A stretch of DNA of 64,000 bases, from assembly GCA_025999215.1 (NCBI GenBank), contig AP024679.1, positions 36,007 to 100,006 of the forward strand, read 5' to 3'. This stretch comes from Candidatus Dojkabacteria bacterium. GTDB taxonomy: Bacteria; Patescibacteriota; Dojkabacteria; J137. Below the pieces are notes generated by a model. It was not told where the DNA came from and made no database searches. It saw nothing but the letters and a program-made list of their open reading frames with translations. How positions within the stretch are numbered: the stretch's first letter is position 1; every line of letters starts with the position of its first letter. This document shows positions 9,314 to 19,751 of this stretch, in pieces. Made by a program: the position numbers and the translations under genes.

Positions 9314-11402
9314 AAATTTTACCGAAAGTTCAAAATCATCTTTTGTTGGTATTTTTTATTTAGTATTTTTTTGGTTAGTTTATTTTAGAAGTATATTCAC
9401 CGAAAAATCTTCTTTTTTTATTTTTTTCGATAATGTTGAACAATTTTATCCATGGTATCAAAAAATTAATTTTGCAATCCAAAATGGTTACATTCCGCTT
9501 TGGGACAACAATGTTCTTGGTGGACATTCCTTTGTAGGAGAATTTCAATCTGGAGCAATGTACTTACCAAATATTTTATTATCATTAATTTTTGGCAATA
9601 GTGATGGTATTTCTCTGATTTATATTGAGCTACTTGTTGCTTTGCATTTTCTATGGATGAGCATGGGAATGTTCTTTTTGTTAAAAAGATATAAGTTTGG
9701 TAATATTGCATCAATAACGGGTTCGATCGTTTTTTCATACTTTGGAACAACCATTGCAAGAGCGCCTGCGCAAACTTCAATATTTTATGGCCTGACTTAC
9801 ATTCCATGGGTATTGCTAACAACGCACTTGTTTTTTGAAAAAAAGTCAAAAAAATATTTAGTTATTACTGGAGTATTACTTGCTAGTCAAATTTATTCGG
9901 GACATATTCAACCTTTTTTTCACGCATCTTTAATGGTAGCTTCCTACTCTTTATATAAATTTATAATCTCTTTAGAATCAAAATTTGATTTTAAAACTAT
10001 ATTAAACAAATTAAAAAACTATACTTTTTCCATGTTGTTAGTGTTTACGACAGCATTGTTTTTAAGTTTTCCACAGCTTTATCTTTCACTTCAATATTTA
10101 AGCAATGCTTACAGGTGGTACGGTCCAGGATCTGTTGGACCAGACGATAAAATACCTTATGGTGTTTTTGGTTATTTATACAATGTTGAACTTGGAGGGA
10201 TTTTTAATTTGATTGATTGGAGAATATTCGTTGATGATGGAAATATTTTATATATCGGAATTGTATTTTTTACATTACTATTATTTGGGATATATTTTAT
10301 ATTTAAAAAAGATTTAGGCAAAAATAAAGAGGTAGATTTTTGGTTTCTCGCATCAATTATAGCTCTTTTAATTTCCCTTGGACATAGAAGTTTTTTAACT
10401 GCTATTATTTACGTGCTTCCATTACTTGATAAGGTTAGGCAAACTGGAAGGTACATAATTATTTTTCATTTTGCCATATCGGTTATAATAGCGTATGCTC
10501 TTTATAATCTTCAATCTAGGTCTTTCAAAATTCAAAATAAATATAAACTTATCTTACTAGCTATTGCGGGGTATATTTTCTTGAACGCTATATTTATGAG
10601 ATTTGTTATTGAAAAAGGGGCAATTTCTAATTTTGAATTATATCAGTGGATTGCTGTATCAATCATAATTTTGGCAATATCAGCAATAGAAAAGTTTAAA
10701 AAATATGCTTTGTTAACAATATTTATTACAGTAACTGCAACCTCACTAATGAGCGAAAGCTTGTTTGTTTATAAAATAAATGCAAGAAGCACATACCCTG
10801 ATGCTTATTTTGCTTCAAATGAGGCCATTGAATTTTTATTATCTCAAACTCAGAAAGAACAATTTAGAATATACAATTATGAAAATGCACTACCTCGCAA
10901 TATTGGTGATGTTTACGATATTCAAACAATTCTAGGGCATGGCGCAACAATGTATAAGCCATATTTTGATTTTTTGATGAGCGATATTAGTTTTGATAGT
11001 GATAAGTTAAATTTGTTAAATGTTAAGTACATTGTTAGTAAAAATGAACTTGATGACGATAGTGTTAAATTAGTTCTTAGAGACAATAAAAAGAATATTT
11101 TTGTCTATGAAAGAAATAATTACTTCCCACGAGTGTTTAGCTTAAATTATTTAGAAAACCAAACAGAAGATGAGATTAGTGAGATAAAGCTTTTGGAATA
11201 TTCAGATCATCATATAAAATATGATATCCAAATGAAAAATCCTGGCCAAGTAATTTTTTCAGAAGTTTATTATCCAGGATGGCATGCGTATGTAAACGGC
11301 AAAAAACAAGAAATACTTCCATTTGAAATATTAAGAAGCCTAAACTTAGAAGAGGGAGATAATCTAGTTGAATTTAGATACCAACCTTTTAAGTTTTTTT
11401 AA
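9258..11402 (+). CDS. YfhO-family-like polytopic membrane protein (GT-C-like glycosyl transferase/flippase used for glycosylating cell-surface polymers)
   Basis: The N-terminal motif FYPWYQKINFAIQNGYIPLWDNNVLGGHSFVGEFQSGAMYLPN resembles the YfhO signature. There are many TM helices and a large C-terminal extracytoplasmic domain. Confidence 0.55.
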   Translation: MIMKSQFMKYTKHLLQTIKNFTESSKSSFVGIFYLVFFWLVYFRSIFTEKSSFFIFFDNVEQFYPWYQKINFAIQNGYIPLWDNNVLGGHSFVGEFQSGAMYLPNILLSLIFGNSDGISLIYIELLVALHFLWMSMGMFFLLKRYKFGNIASITGSIVFSYFGTTIARAPAQTSIFYGLTYIPWVLLTTHLFFEKKSKKYLVITGVLLASQIYSGHIQPFFHASLMVASYSLYKFIISLESKFDFKTILNKLKNYTFSMLLVFTTALFLSFPQLYLSLQYLSNAYRWYGPGSVGPDDKIPYGVFGYLYNVELGGIFNLIDWRIFVDDGNILYIGIVFFTLLLFGIYFIFKKDLGKNKEVDFWFLASIIALLISLGHRSFLTAIIYVLPLLDKVRQTGRYIIIFHFAISVIIAYALYNLQSRSFKIQNKYKLILLAIAGYIFLNAIFMRFVIEKGAISNFELYQWIAVSIIILAISAIEKFKKYALLTIFITVTATSLMSESLFVYKINARSTYPDAYFASNEAIEFLLSQTQKEQFRIYNYENALPRNIGDVYDIQTILGHGATMYKPYFDFLMSDISFDSDKLNLLNVKYIVSKNELDDDSVKLVLRDNKKNIFVYERNNYFPRVFSLNYLENQTEDEISEIKLLEYSDHHIKYDIQMKNPGQVIFSEVYYPGWHAYVNGKKQEILPFEILRSLNLEEGDNLVEFRYQPFKFF

Positions 11403-12299
11403 AATTAATTTCAAAAAATTCTTTCTTTTTCTTTCATAAGCTTCAACAACTCCTTTGTAAATCTTTACTTGCTCATCTTTTTCTCTCACATATTTTTTAA
11501 AATATTTGATATGCTCTTCTCTCTCTTTTACAATTCTTTGTAAATTTTCATTTTGAATAGCTAAATTATGAGCAGCCTTTAAAAATTCAAACATATTATC
11601 AATATAAAGTGCTTGGTGATTTTTAATGATTGTTTTTAAGGAATAATCTACTTTTTCATTTTGCATTTGGGATATGGAATGTTGAGTAATTGCTTGTTTG
11701 TGTTTTCTGTAATAAAAAATTACTTCAGGTTCAAAAACAACTTTTTTATTCATTTCAATTATAGATAGCCAAAAATCATAATCTTCATATCCAAATTTCA
11801 TGGATCTTTTAAAACCACCAACCTTTTCCCAATCAGATTTATAAAACATGGCACATGAAGGTATTAAATTTCTAATTAACATTTCCCCAATGCTAAAAGG
11901 TGGCAACATTCTCTCCCCTTCTAAATCTCCAAAATAAACAGTCTTACCATAGCCAATACCTGCATTTGGAGTGGATATCATTTTATTAACAATTTTTTCT
12001 ATAAAATACTTGGATATTTTATCGTCTGAATCTAAAGTTAAGATTAAATCACCTTCAGAGTTTTTTACACCTGTATTTCGTGCTTCAGGTAAACCTTTAT
12101 TTTTTTTGTGAGTTACAACTTTATATTTTTTTGATAATTTGGATAAGTGTTCGTTTGTGTAAACGTCTGTTGACGCATCATTAACTATTACTATTTCTAT
12201 ATTTTTATATGACTGTTTTTCAACAGAAGCTATTGTTTCATCAATTAAATGCCCGTAGTTATAACAAGGGATAACGACAGAAACTTTTATTTTGCTCAT
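11364..12299 (-). CDS. GT2 glycosyltransferase
   Basis: Carries VSVVIPCYNYGHLIDETIASVEKQSYKNIEIVIVNDASTD and a DSDD motif. Confidence 0.8.
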   Translation of the reverse strand: MSKIKVSVVIPCYNYGHLIDETIASVEKQSYKNIEIVIVNDASTDVYTNEHLSKLSKKYKVVTHKKNKGLPEARNTGVKNSEGDLILTLDSDDKISKYFIEKIVNKMISTPNAGIGYGKTVYFGDLEGERMLPPFSIGEMLIRNLIPSCAMFYKSDWEKVGGFKRSMKFGYEDYDFWLSIIEMNKKVVFEPEVIFYYRKHKQAITQHSISQMQNEKVDYSLKTIIKNHQALYIDNMFEFLKAAHNLAIQNENLQRIVKEREEHIKYFKKYVREKDEQVKIYKGVVEAYERKRKNFLKLILKKLKRLVSKFN

Positions 12300-13228
12300 T
12301 AAATTAATTTTAACAGATATTTATGATACGTTTTTCCAACGAACTTTTGATAAATCAAATCAAATTGAACTTGGTTCTCTTTGCTTATATTATACCTTTT
12401 TTGTAAATTTTTATTTAAATTTCTGATTAACTTTTTTAAATTTATACATTTTTGAAAATCACTAATCTCCCTGTGCCAAAAATAAACGTGTCTCATTGTT
12501 TCTATTTCTTCTCTTTCTAAATTTATTTTTAAAATTTCTTTATAGGCCCACTCCAAAACTTTCAAAGCATATTCCTCTTGTTCGTTACTTTTCGATTTAC
12601 TAATGCTTTTTTGATGAATTCTATATAACAATAATTCCTGGTCTAAATTTTTTAAAATTAAATTATGTGCCAAATATTTTAAAATTAGGTGGTAATCTTG
12701 AGCCTTTTTGAAATTTTCATCATACATTCCAACCTTTAAAATAGAATCTTTTGTAAACATAAGTGTCGGATGTACAAAAACATTTTGAATAAAAATTTTT
12801 GATAAAATTTGTTCAAAAGAGTTTGGAACATTAATCTCACCTAAAATTTTATTTTGTTCATTAATTATTTTTGCTTTAGTTCCAATTAGAGATACTTCTG
12901 GATTTGATTTTAAGTATTCATACTGAATCTTAAGTCTATCAGGTTCCGCAATATCATCTGCATCCATTCTAGCGATGTAGGGCGAATTTGATTTTTGAAT
13001 CAAATAGTTTAAATTTGCCGTCAAACCATGATTTTTATCTCTTTTAAATATTTTTAATCTTTCATCTGTAAAAGTTTTTATGATTTTATAAGAATCATCA
13101 CTTGAATTATCATCAACTATCAAAAACTCAAACTCCTTAAATGATTGCTTTAAAATACTTTCAATGGAATCTCGCAAAAACGCTTGAGAATTGTAAACAG
13201 ACATAATTACGCTAATTTTTGGCTTCAT
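12299..13228 (-). CDS. GT2 glycosyltransferase
   Basis: Carries ISVIMSVYNSQAFLRDSIESILKQSFKEFEFLIVDDNSSDDS and an ARMDADD motif. Confidence 0.8.
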   Translation of the reverse strand: MKPKISVIMSVYNSQAFLRDSIESILKQSFKEFEFLIVDDNSSDDSYKIIKTFTDERLKIFKRDKNHGLTANLNYLIQKSNSPYIARMDADDIAEPDRLKIQYEYLKSNPEVSLIGTKAKIINEQNKILGEINVPNSFEQILSKIFIQNVFVHPTLMFTKDSILKVGMYDENFKKAQDYHLILKYLAHNLILKNLDQELLLYRIHQKSISKSKSNEQEEYALKVLEWAYKEILKINLEREEIETMRHVYFWHREISDFQKCINLKKLIRNLNKNLQKRYNISKENQVQFDLIYQKFVGKTYHKYLLKLI

Positions 13229-14229
13229 AAAACTTGCTTAAAAATTTGAAGATAATCTTCACCCATCTTTGATAGAGTGTAAAGTTTAGAGTTTTTTAAT
13301 GAATTACTTTTGAATTTATCAAAATCAGTAATAGCCAAAAAGATTTTTTCAACTAAGCTTTCAATATTTATATCATCATTTTTATGAAAAAGTTTATTGT
13401 TTAAAGGAGCTAAAAGGTCTTCATTAAAGAAAAGTAGTTCTTTCATAGATCCACTATCAAATGTTACAATAGGCAAACCAGAACTTACAGCTTGAATTAT
13501 TGAATTTGGGCAAGGTGGGTTAAGTTGTGTAAAGATATAAATATCAGCTTTTCTTAACTCTTTAGCGATATAATCTAAATCTTTAAGTCCATGAAAAACT
13601 ATATATTCTCGATCAAGGTGTTTTTTAAGATCTTCTTCAACCTTTCCTATGACATGCAATTCAATATTAAATTTTTTTGAAACTTCATCTAAAGCTAAAA
13701 CCATCGGTTCAATCATTGATAAATTCCGAATAAATCCATCGGTAATAAACTTTACTTTAGCTTTTGGATCGAAATCTTTGTTTGAAGGAAAAAATTTTTT
13801 TGTATCGCAACCATTAATAATTTTAAAAACATTTGAAGTTCTTGGCTCTCCATAAGAATAAACACATTGTTTTTTTGAATATTCGCTTTGAAAAATATAA
13901 TGAGTAGTATAATTTTGATAAATTTCTTTGGCGTACTTGTAATCTGGAATTTCTTGATAACCCTCTCCATGAATTTCAAAAGAATATACCCCATCTAATC
14001 TTTGTATGATAGCTCCACCTCTTTCTTTAATAAATTTAATTTTATCTAAATAATATCTAGTAGCAAAAAAAATAGCTTTAGCTTCATTAATGTTTTTAGT
14101 GGTAAAAAAATTTTGAGATTCAAGATATTTTTTAAGATTCATCATGAAGCTTCTTGGTCCACCCGTATATTGATATTCATAATCTATAAAAATTTGGGCG
14201 CGTTTTTTCAAAAAAAAATTTAATTTCAT
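13225..14229 (-). CDS. GT4-like (GT-B) glycosyltransferase
   Basis: C-terminal CPNSIIQAVSSGLPIVTFDSGSMKEL motif. Sits in an operon with the GT2 genes, with 4-nt overlaps. Confidence 0.55.
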   Translation of the reverse strand: MKLNFFLKKRAQIFIDYEYQYTGGPRSFMMNLKKYLESQNFFTTKNINEAKAIFFATRYYLDKIKFIKERGGAIIQRLDGVYSFEIHGEGYQEIPDYKYAKEIYQNYTTHYIFQSEYSKKQCVYSYGEPRTSNVFKIINGCDTKKFFPSNKDFDPKAKVKFITDGFIRNLSMIEPMVLALDEVSKKFNIELHVIGKVEEDLKKHLDREYIVFHGLKDLDYIAKELRKADIYIFTQLNPPCPNSIIQAVSSGLPIVTFDSGSMKELLFFNEDLLAPLNNKLFHKNDDINIESLVEKIFLAITDFDKFKSNSLKNSKLYTLSKMGEDYLQIFKQVL

Positions 14230-14232
14230 TGT

Positions 14233-14946
14233 TTATTTCCAAACAAATCTTATGTTTTTGATTTTTTCTGCTCTCATTCTATCTCTCATTTTGTCATCTT
14301 TTATTTTCAAATATCCAATTTTATGCGCATGTAACTCAACAAAAATGTAGTCACAAATTTTATGTAATTTATTATCAAATAAATCATTAAGCAGGTCATA
14401 TTCTGCTCCTTCAACATCAATTTTTAGAACTTTAATTTTATCTATTTTATTTTCTTTTATAAAATCAACCAACCTTACCACTTCAACTTCCACAAAATCA
14501 TTTTTATTAACATTATTTTTTTTGTGAAAGAGTGACGAACCTTCTGAATACAAAACTGGATCTTTGGCAGTATCATTATGTCTATAAAGCTTCATCTTGC
14601 CGTTCTTGGAATATACAGCTTTATTATAAATATGCACATTTGGAAGATCTTTAACTTTCTCCTTAAGAATATCAAACGCAATTGGTTCGGGTTCAAATGC
14701 ATACACTGTTGCACCTCTTTTTCCTACCGGAACGGTTTCTTGTCCTACATTGGCACCACAATCAATAAACACTTCTCCTTCAGTATAAGAATTTACAACT
14801 TCCGCCATATCGATTGGCTCAAACCAATAATCATCAATTTTTTTGCGAATTTTTATTTTTCTAAATAAGTTTTGAATTTTATTTAGCACTTTATTGATAT
14901 TAAAAATTAACACCAAAATTCTATCACTTAAACTATGAGTATACAA
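14233..14946 (-). CDS. FkbM-family SAM-dependent methyltransferase
   Basis: Carries VFIDCGANVGQETV...ATVYAFEPEP...KIKVLKIDVEGAEYDLL, which is the FkbM signature. Confidence 0.7.
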   Translation of the reverse strand: MYTHSLSDRILVLIFNINKVLNKIQNLFRKIKIRKKIDDYWFEPIDMAEVVNSYTEGEVFIDCGANVGQETVPVGKRGATVYAFEPEPIAFDILKEKVKDLPNVHIYNKAVYSKNGKMKLYRHNDTAKDPVLYSEGSSLFHKKNNVNKNDFVEVEVVRLVDFIKENKIDKIKVLKIDVEGAEYDLLNDLFDNKLHKICDYIFVELHAHKIGYLKIKDDKMRDRMRAEKIKNIRFVWK

Positions 14947-15064
14947 ATGTAAATCTGCTAAAACTTACAGTATAAGCATTTATCTAACAAACAGTTAAAA
15001 AAATGAAAAATGCTATAATATCTCTGATTTACAATAAATCAAATCATAAAGAAAACAAAAAATC

Positions 15065-15500
15065 ATGAAAAATTTTTATGAATGGTACTATGAAAAATAT
15101 TTTTCAAAAAATGAAATTTATGAATTTGAAAACGGTTTTAGGTTGGTATTAGTTGAGAAGAAAAATTTACTAGATTTTAATGTAGACATAGTACTTCAGG
15201 CTGGAAGTTTTTTTGATTCTTTCTATGATTTCCACAAGGAACATCACATTTTCTTGAATACATGATCTGTAGACCTAATAAAAGGTTTAAAAGCAAAAAA
15301 GCTCAAGATAAATTTAAGTTTGGTAATATCAATCGTCCTCATATTTATACCAATGCTTCCGTGTCTCCCAAACTCATGACTTTTACGGTTGGGGGCACTT
15401 CAAGGGTGCAAATAGAATTTTTGAATATCTTTATTATCAAATTGACTATCCAATTGAAAGATTTAGCGAATTTTTGATCAAGAAAAAGATAATACTTGCA
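15065..15500 (+). pseudogene. decayed remnant of an M16 (pitrilysin-like) peptidase N-terminal region
   Basis: The fragments LVLVEKKNLLDFNVDIVLQAGSFFDSF...HKEHHIF and ...YTNASVSPKLMTF align with the intact M16 at 34776 (LVVVEEEN..VTVTTIYKVGS...GFAHLFEHLMF...NAFTAQDYTNYY). They are broken by stops and shifts, with AT-rich noncoding DNA out to about 15860. Confidence 0.35.
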
Positions 15501-15861
15501 GAATATAAAAGTAAAAGTTTACCTAAAAACAAAGATGCTAATCTAAAGTATAATCAATTTATTTTTAGTAAATTCTATGCTGGTTTTGTAAATTATCCTA
15601 TTGGTGATGAAGATAGCATAAATAAAATAACACTTAAACATCTAAAAATTTAGATTGGATAAAAAAATAGTTAATAGCATCCCTGACAGGCCAATAAGTC
15701 ATTCGTTAAATGATAATATTTTTATAAAAAGTTGGAAATTAAGTTGTTATCATTTCAAAGATAACAACAATCAAAATATATCTCTGTCTATAAATTTTAA
15801 TAAAAAAATTATTAAAAAACGATACACAAGCAATAGTCAATGAAGTAGTGCTAAGTTTTCT

Positions 15862-16893
15862 TTAGTTTATTGATAATCTATAATCAAGCCCCAAATCAAG
15901 TACTTGATTTATAAGTGCAATTCCCTGAACAAACATTGCTGTACCATGAATATCTGGTTCATCCAAGCCTTGAGTGATTTTTTTTCCGTAATACTTATCG
16001 TTTGCCTTATGCCTATAAAATGAAAAGCCTCCTTTATCTTCATGATAAAACTGTTTGTATAATCTTAACCTTTGATACATAAAATCTTTAATTTCATCAT
16101 GTCTATGCTTGGAAAATCTCGATGTTATATACAATACATAGACAATATTAAAGTTAAAGCATGCCTCTTTGTCATGAACAGCAGAAAGAGCTGTGTCAAT
16201 AATCATATCTACCTTCGGTATATTTTCAATCCCTATTACATCAAGCCCAATTAATATTTTCATTGCTCCATTGATTTTCTCTGAAAGTGGCGTGTTACCG
16301 CGATACCATGTTCCGTCCGATGGAGATTGAATGGATAATAACCAATTTTTAATAAAATTAACATTTTCTTCTTTTAGTCTTTGACTTTTAGGAAAAAACA
16401 TCTCGTTCATCTTCATGAAAAAAAGAAGAGTGCCAAGATGACTTCCAGCATCCCAAGGTCTAGACCAATCGAAACTTTCAAGATATTTTTCAATTTGTTT
16501 TGTATTTTGGGGTAGGTCTTTGAATGGTTTGCTAGGTTTTGAGCCTAGCATATTCAAAGCTGCAAAAGATTGCCTCGTTTCTGCTCTTCGAGTTTTTTTA
16601 GCTTCATGATTTTGTTTGGTAAATAAAAATCTTCTTGTATTTCCAGTAATAAGCGGATCAAATATGTAACCATTTTTATGTTCAAACTGCTTAATTTGAG
16701 TAGCTATCTTTTCTTTTTGGGATGTTTTTAAGTTTTTTAATTTTCCGGTTATGTAGAGAATTTTTGTTAAAAAAACAAAATTACCTAATCCCCATTTATC
16801 TTTTTCATCAAACAAGTCACCACTATATGAGTACTTAACATGTTCAAAATCTCCAACAATCTGTTTTTGTAAAAAAATTATCCAGATTATCAT
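15862..16893 (-). CDS. hypothetical protein with prenyltransferase / squalene-oxidase-like (alpha-alpha toroid) repeats
   Basis: Repeats of the PFTB repeat type: DGTWYRGNTPLSEKINGAMKILIGLDVIG and KGGFSFYRHKAN...DIHGTAMFVQGIALI. Embedded in the glycan operon. Confidence 0.35.
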   Translation of the reverse strand: MIIWIIFLQKQIVGDFEHVKYSYSGDLFDEKDKWGLGNFVFLTKILYITGKLKNLKTSQKEKIATQIKQFEHKNGYIFDPLITGNTRRFLFTKQNHEAKKTRRAETRQSFAALNMLGSKPSKPFKDLPQNTKQIEKYLESFDWSRPWDAGSHLGTLLFFMKMNEMFFPKSQRLKEENVNFIKNWLLSIQSPSDGTWYRGNTPLSEKINGAMKILIGLDVIGIENIPKVDMIIDTALSAVHDKEACFNFNIVYVLYITSRFSKHRHDEIKDFMYQRLRLYKQFYHEDKGGFSFYRHKANDKYYGKKITQGLDEPDIHGTAMFVQGIALINQVLDLGLDYRLSIN

Positions 16894-16910
16894 TTATTTT
16901 ATAAATCCAA

Positions 16911-17892
16911 TCAATGCTTTTCATTTACTAAATTTTTAAAAATACTAATATATTCTTGAGTTGCTCTCTCAATAGAAAAATTTTTCCTATCAATCTTTAT
17001 TTTTTCGACTAATTTCGGGTATTTTTGTATAGCTAACTTTAAAGTTTCAGAAAGATTATTAGTGTTTATTTTATCAGGTAGCGATACTCCATAATTTTGA
17101 GCTAATTCCTTTGTGCCTCCTGAATTGTGATAAATTACAGGTAATCCTACAGATAATGCCTCAACTACAACATTGGGGCATGGATCATTACTTGCCGCAT
17201 GCAAAAAAAAGTCGCATTCACTTAAACTTTTTGCCACTTCAGTGTAAGTTTTCTCACCTAGAATCTTAACATTTCTTTTTGGCACTTCTTCATTCCATCG
17301 CCCAATAAAACTCATTTCAACTCCTGGTACCTCGGACATCAAGGATATAGTATCAAAACCTTTTAGCCTATTTGTGGACCAGCTATTTGCAATTAATTTA
17401 ATTTTTTTTCCTAATTTAAAATCTTCCTTTAACTTAAAAACATTATGATCAGCTCCATTATAAATAATTACATGTTTATTATCAGAGTAACCAAATTTTT
17501 GGAAAGCGTTTAGACTTTCAATACTTTGAAAGATTCTAAAATCAGCTATTTTAGATAATTCAATTTGTTTTTGATCATTTTCTATAAACTGATTGGCATA
17601 TGTTGCCCTCAAGCCATCTAATCTGTGTATCAATTTAAATTGATACCTATTAAATAACTTATTTAATTTACTTTCTCTTCTACTTAATATTTTTTTTTAT
17701 TTCATTTACATCGAGCTCCTTATTTTGACCGGCACTCGCTGCTGAAATTAGTACTATATCTGTTTTTGGTGTAATTTTTTTTTCTAAAACAATCCCTTGT
17801 GTTCGACTTAACTCTTTCTTCAAACTTCTCAAAAAGGAATTTATACCACCCCAAGCTCCTTCAATTGTTTCATACCACACAAATACTCTCAC
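16911..17892 (-). CDS. GT4 glycosyltransferase, one frameshift near 17634-17680
   Basis: The N-terminal piece is MRVFVWYETIEGAWGGINSF. The C-terminal piece carries ASNDPCPNVVVEALSVGLPVIYHNSGGTKEL. Confidence 0.65.
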
Positions 17893-17893
17893 T

Positions 17894-18892
17894 TTAATTT
17901 AATAAAAAATTAAATAATTCAAAATATTGTTTACCTACTTGTTTCATTGTCAAATTTGATTTTATATATTCCTTATTTCTCCTACCAATTATTCTTCGCA
18001 ACTCATAATTTTCAATTAAATTACTCAAAGCGCTATACCATTCTTCATCACTTCGACATATTGTTATTCCTCGATTAAGATAAGATGGAACCGGTGAAGC
18101 CACCACAGGTAATCCAACAGCCATCGGGTAGGCAACTTTACTTAGCGCATGCCCTAAATTATAAGGCACACTCAAATCTCTGGGTGCAATTTTTATATCT
18201 CCTCGTAAAAAGCTCTTGTGAACTGTTTTAAAATTGAATTTAATAAAAGTATTTGGTATAAAATCAATTTCTGGTTTTTGATCTGAGACGAAAAGCAAGT
18301 TCAAATTCTTATATTTATTTTGAAGCTCTATCAAAATCTCAGAAATCAAGCTAATATCTTTTGCTTTTTTAGAGTAACCATTGTATAAGAGGTTTATCAT
18401 ATCAGTATTTTCATGTATTTTATTAGTCTTAATAAATTTATCTTCTATTGCTTCCTCAATTAAAAAGGTTAATTTATTGTATTGAGAATAAATTTGCTGT
18501 AAATGTTCAGAAGAAACAATAATGCAATCTGCTAAATTTAACATATCCTTTATATCTTTTTTCATTTGATTAATCTTTTGAATTTGTTCCTCATTAAAAA
18601 TACCAATATCTGCCTCTAACGCAAATACATCGATGTTTATGTCAAAAATAATTAAAGTTCCTTGATTTTTAAGTTTCTTAGCTATGGTTAAAAATTCGCC
18701 AAAATAAGCCTTTTGAAAAATAACAGCATCATATTTTTGAGATTCATTATAAATCTCTAATTTGTAACGCAAAAAATATTTTTTCTTGAAATGGTTTATA
18801 ACATTGTATACACGTAATCTTGTAGATGCCCAAGCATCATTATAAGGCTTTAAATCATCACTTATGAATCCAATTCTTTTAGTTTTTTTCAT
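17894..18892 (-). CDS. glycosyltransferase (GT-B / GT4-like)
   Basis: C-terminal KVAYPMAVGLPVVASPVPSY motif. Position in the operon. Confidence 0.5.
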   Translation of the reverse strand: MKKTKRIGFISDDLKPYNDAWASTRLRVYNVINHFKKKYFLRYKLEIYNESQKYDAVIFQKAYFGEFLTIAKKLKNQGTLIIFDINIDVFALEADIGIFNEEQIQKINQMKKDIKDMLNLADCIIVSSEHLQQIYSQYNKLTFLIEEAIEDKFIKTNKIHENTDMINLLYNGYSKKAKDISLISEILIELQNKYKNLNLLFVSDQKPEIDFIPNTFIKFNFKTVHKSFLRGDIKIAPRDLSVPYNLGHALSKVAYPMAVGLPVVASPVPSYLNRGITICRSDEEWYSALSNLIENYELRRIIGRRNKEYIKSNLTMKQVGKQYFELFNFLLN

Positions 18893-18895
18893 GTT

Positions 18896-19751
18896 TTATC
18901 TGCTAAAAAATTGTTTGATTTTATTAACTTTTTGAATTCTCTTAAATTTTTTATAACATTTTTTTGTTTTAAAACTCTTAATTTTATTATTTAATTCCTC
19001 TTCAGTAATAAAAAATGAAGAGTCCTTTTCAGTTAATTTTATACCATTTTTGTCGAGAAAATCATTTATTAAGTTTTTATTGAAAGCATCCTCTGCACGA
19101 ACATTTTGAGCAAAGCTAATCGCTAGCAGCAAAATTTTAAAATCTTCATCTGATTGTGATTCTTGTTTCCAGCATTTTTCAAAAATCCTAATATACCTGT
19201 GATGTTTATGAAAGTGTGCAATTCCTTTTCGGAAAATATCTTCATAAAATTGTTCAAAATCGTGTAAACCAACCACATCTTTTTTTTCAGATGATTGGTA
19301 ACCTTGTTTTAACATTGCTTTGATAGTATAAGTTTCTGGTCTTAGTGAAACGCTTTCTGATGGAATTTCTTTGATAGCTTTTTTTAAAAGATTTGTTTTA
19401 TAGATCCTAAATCCTGCTGATCTTGGGCCGCCAAAAAATTTATCAATTACATACGCTCTACCTTCAAAAAAAGAGTCTGTATATCTATTAATAATTTTAT
19501 TTATAAATTTTACTACCAACTGAGGACTGGGAAGCAAATCAGCATCAATCATTACAGTCCAATTTTTTTTGGAATCAATTGCTAGTTCATATGATTCTTT
19601 CAATGCTTTACTAAAAGGCGCAACATTTTTAACGACTTTAGGCGAAATTTGAAAATGGTTTTTCAATTAGACTACAGCATGCTTGAGTTGTTCTTTCCCC
19701 AACACTTCTTACAATGAAAGTAATGTCATTAGAATTTAATTTTGTATCCAT
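18896..19751 (-). CDS. GT-A-like hypothetical (putative glycosyltransferase), one frameshift near 19660
   Basis: Start MDTKLNSNDITFIVRSVGERTTQACCSLIEKPF, then a +1 shift into ...NWTVMIDADLL (DxD-like). The ATG overlaps the stop of the upstream ABC ATPase gene. Confidence 0.35.

Noticed and set aside
9466-9849. 127-aa minus-strand ORF inside the YfhO-like gene, together with other 60-130-aa antisense ORFs (890..1090, 2193..2411, 13649..13855, 38310..38699, 39228..39678, 53311..53517 and others)
   Set aside because: They are fully embedded antisense to well-supported genes. This is expected by chance in long ORF-rich sequence, even AT-rich.
15480-15860. AT-rich 380-bp stretch examined for CRISPR repeats, tRNA or other structured RNA
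   Set aside because: No regularly spaced direct repeats and no tRNA-like T-arm/anticodon-arm signatures. It is best explained as decayed coding sequence and intergenic spacer adjoining the M16 remnant.
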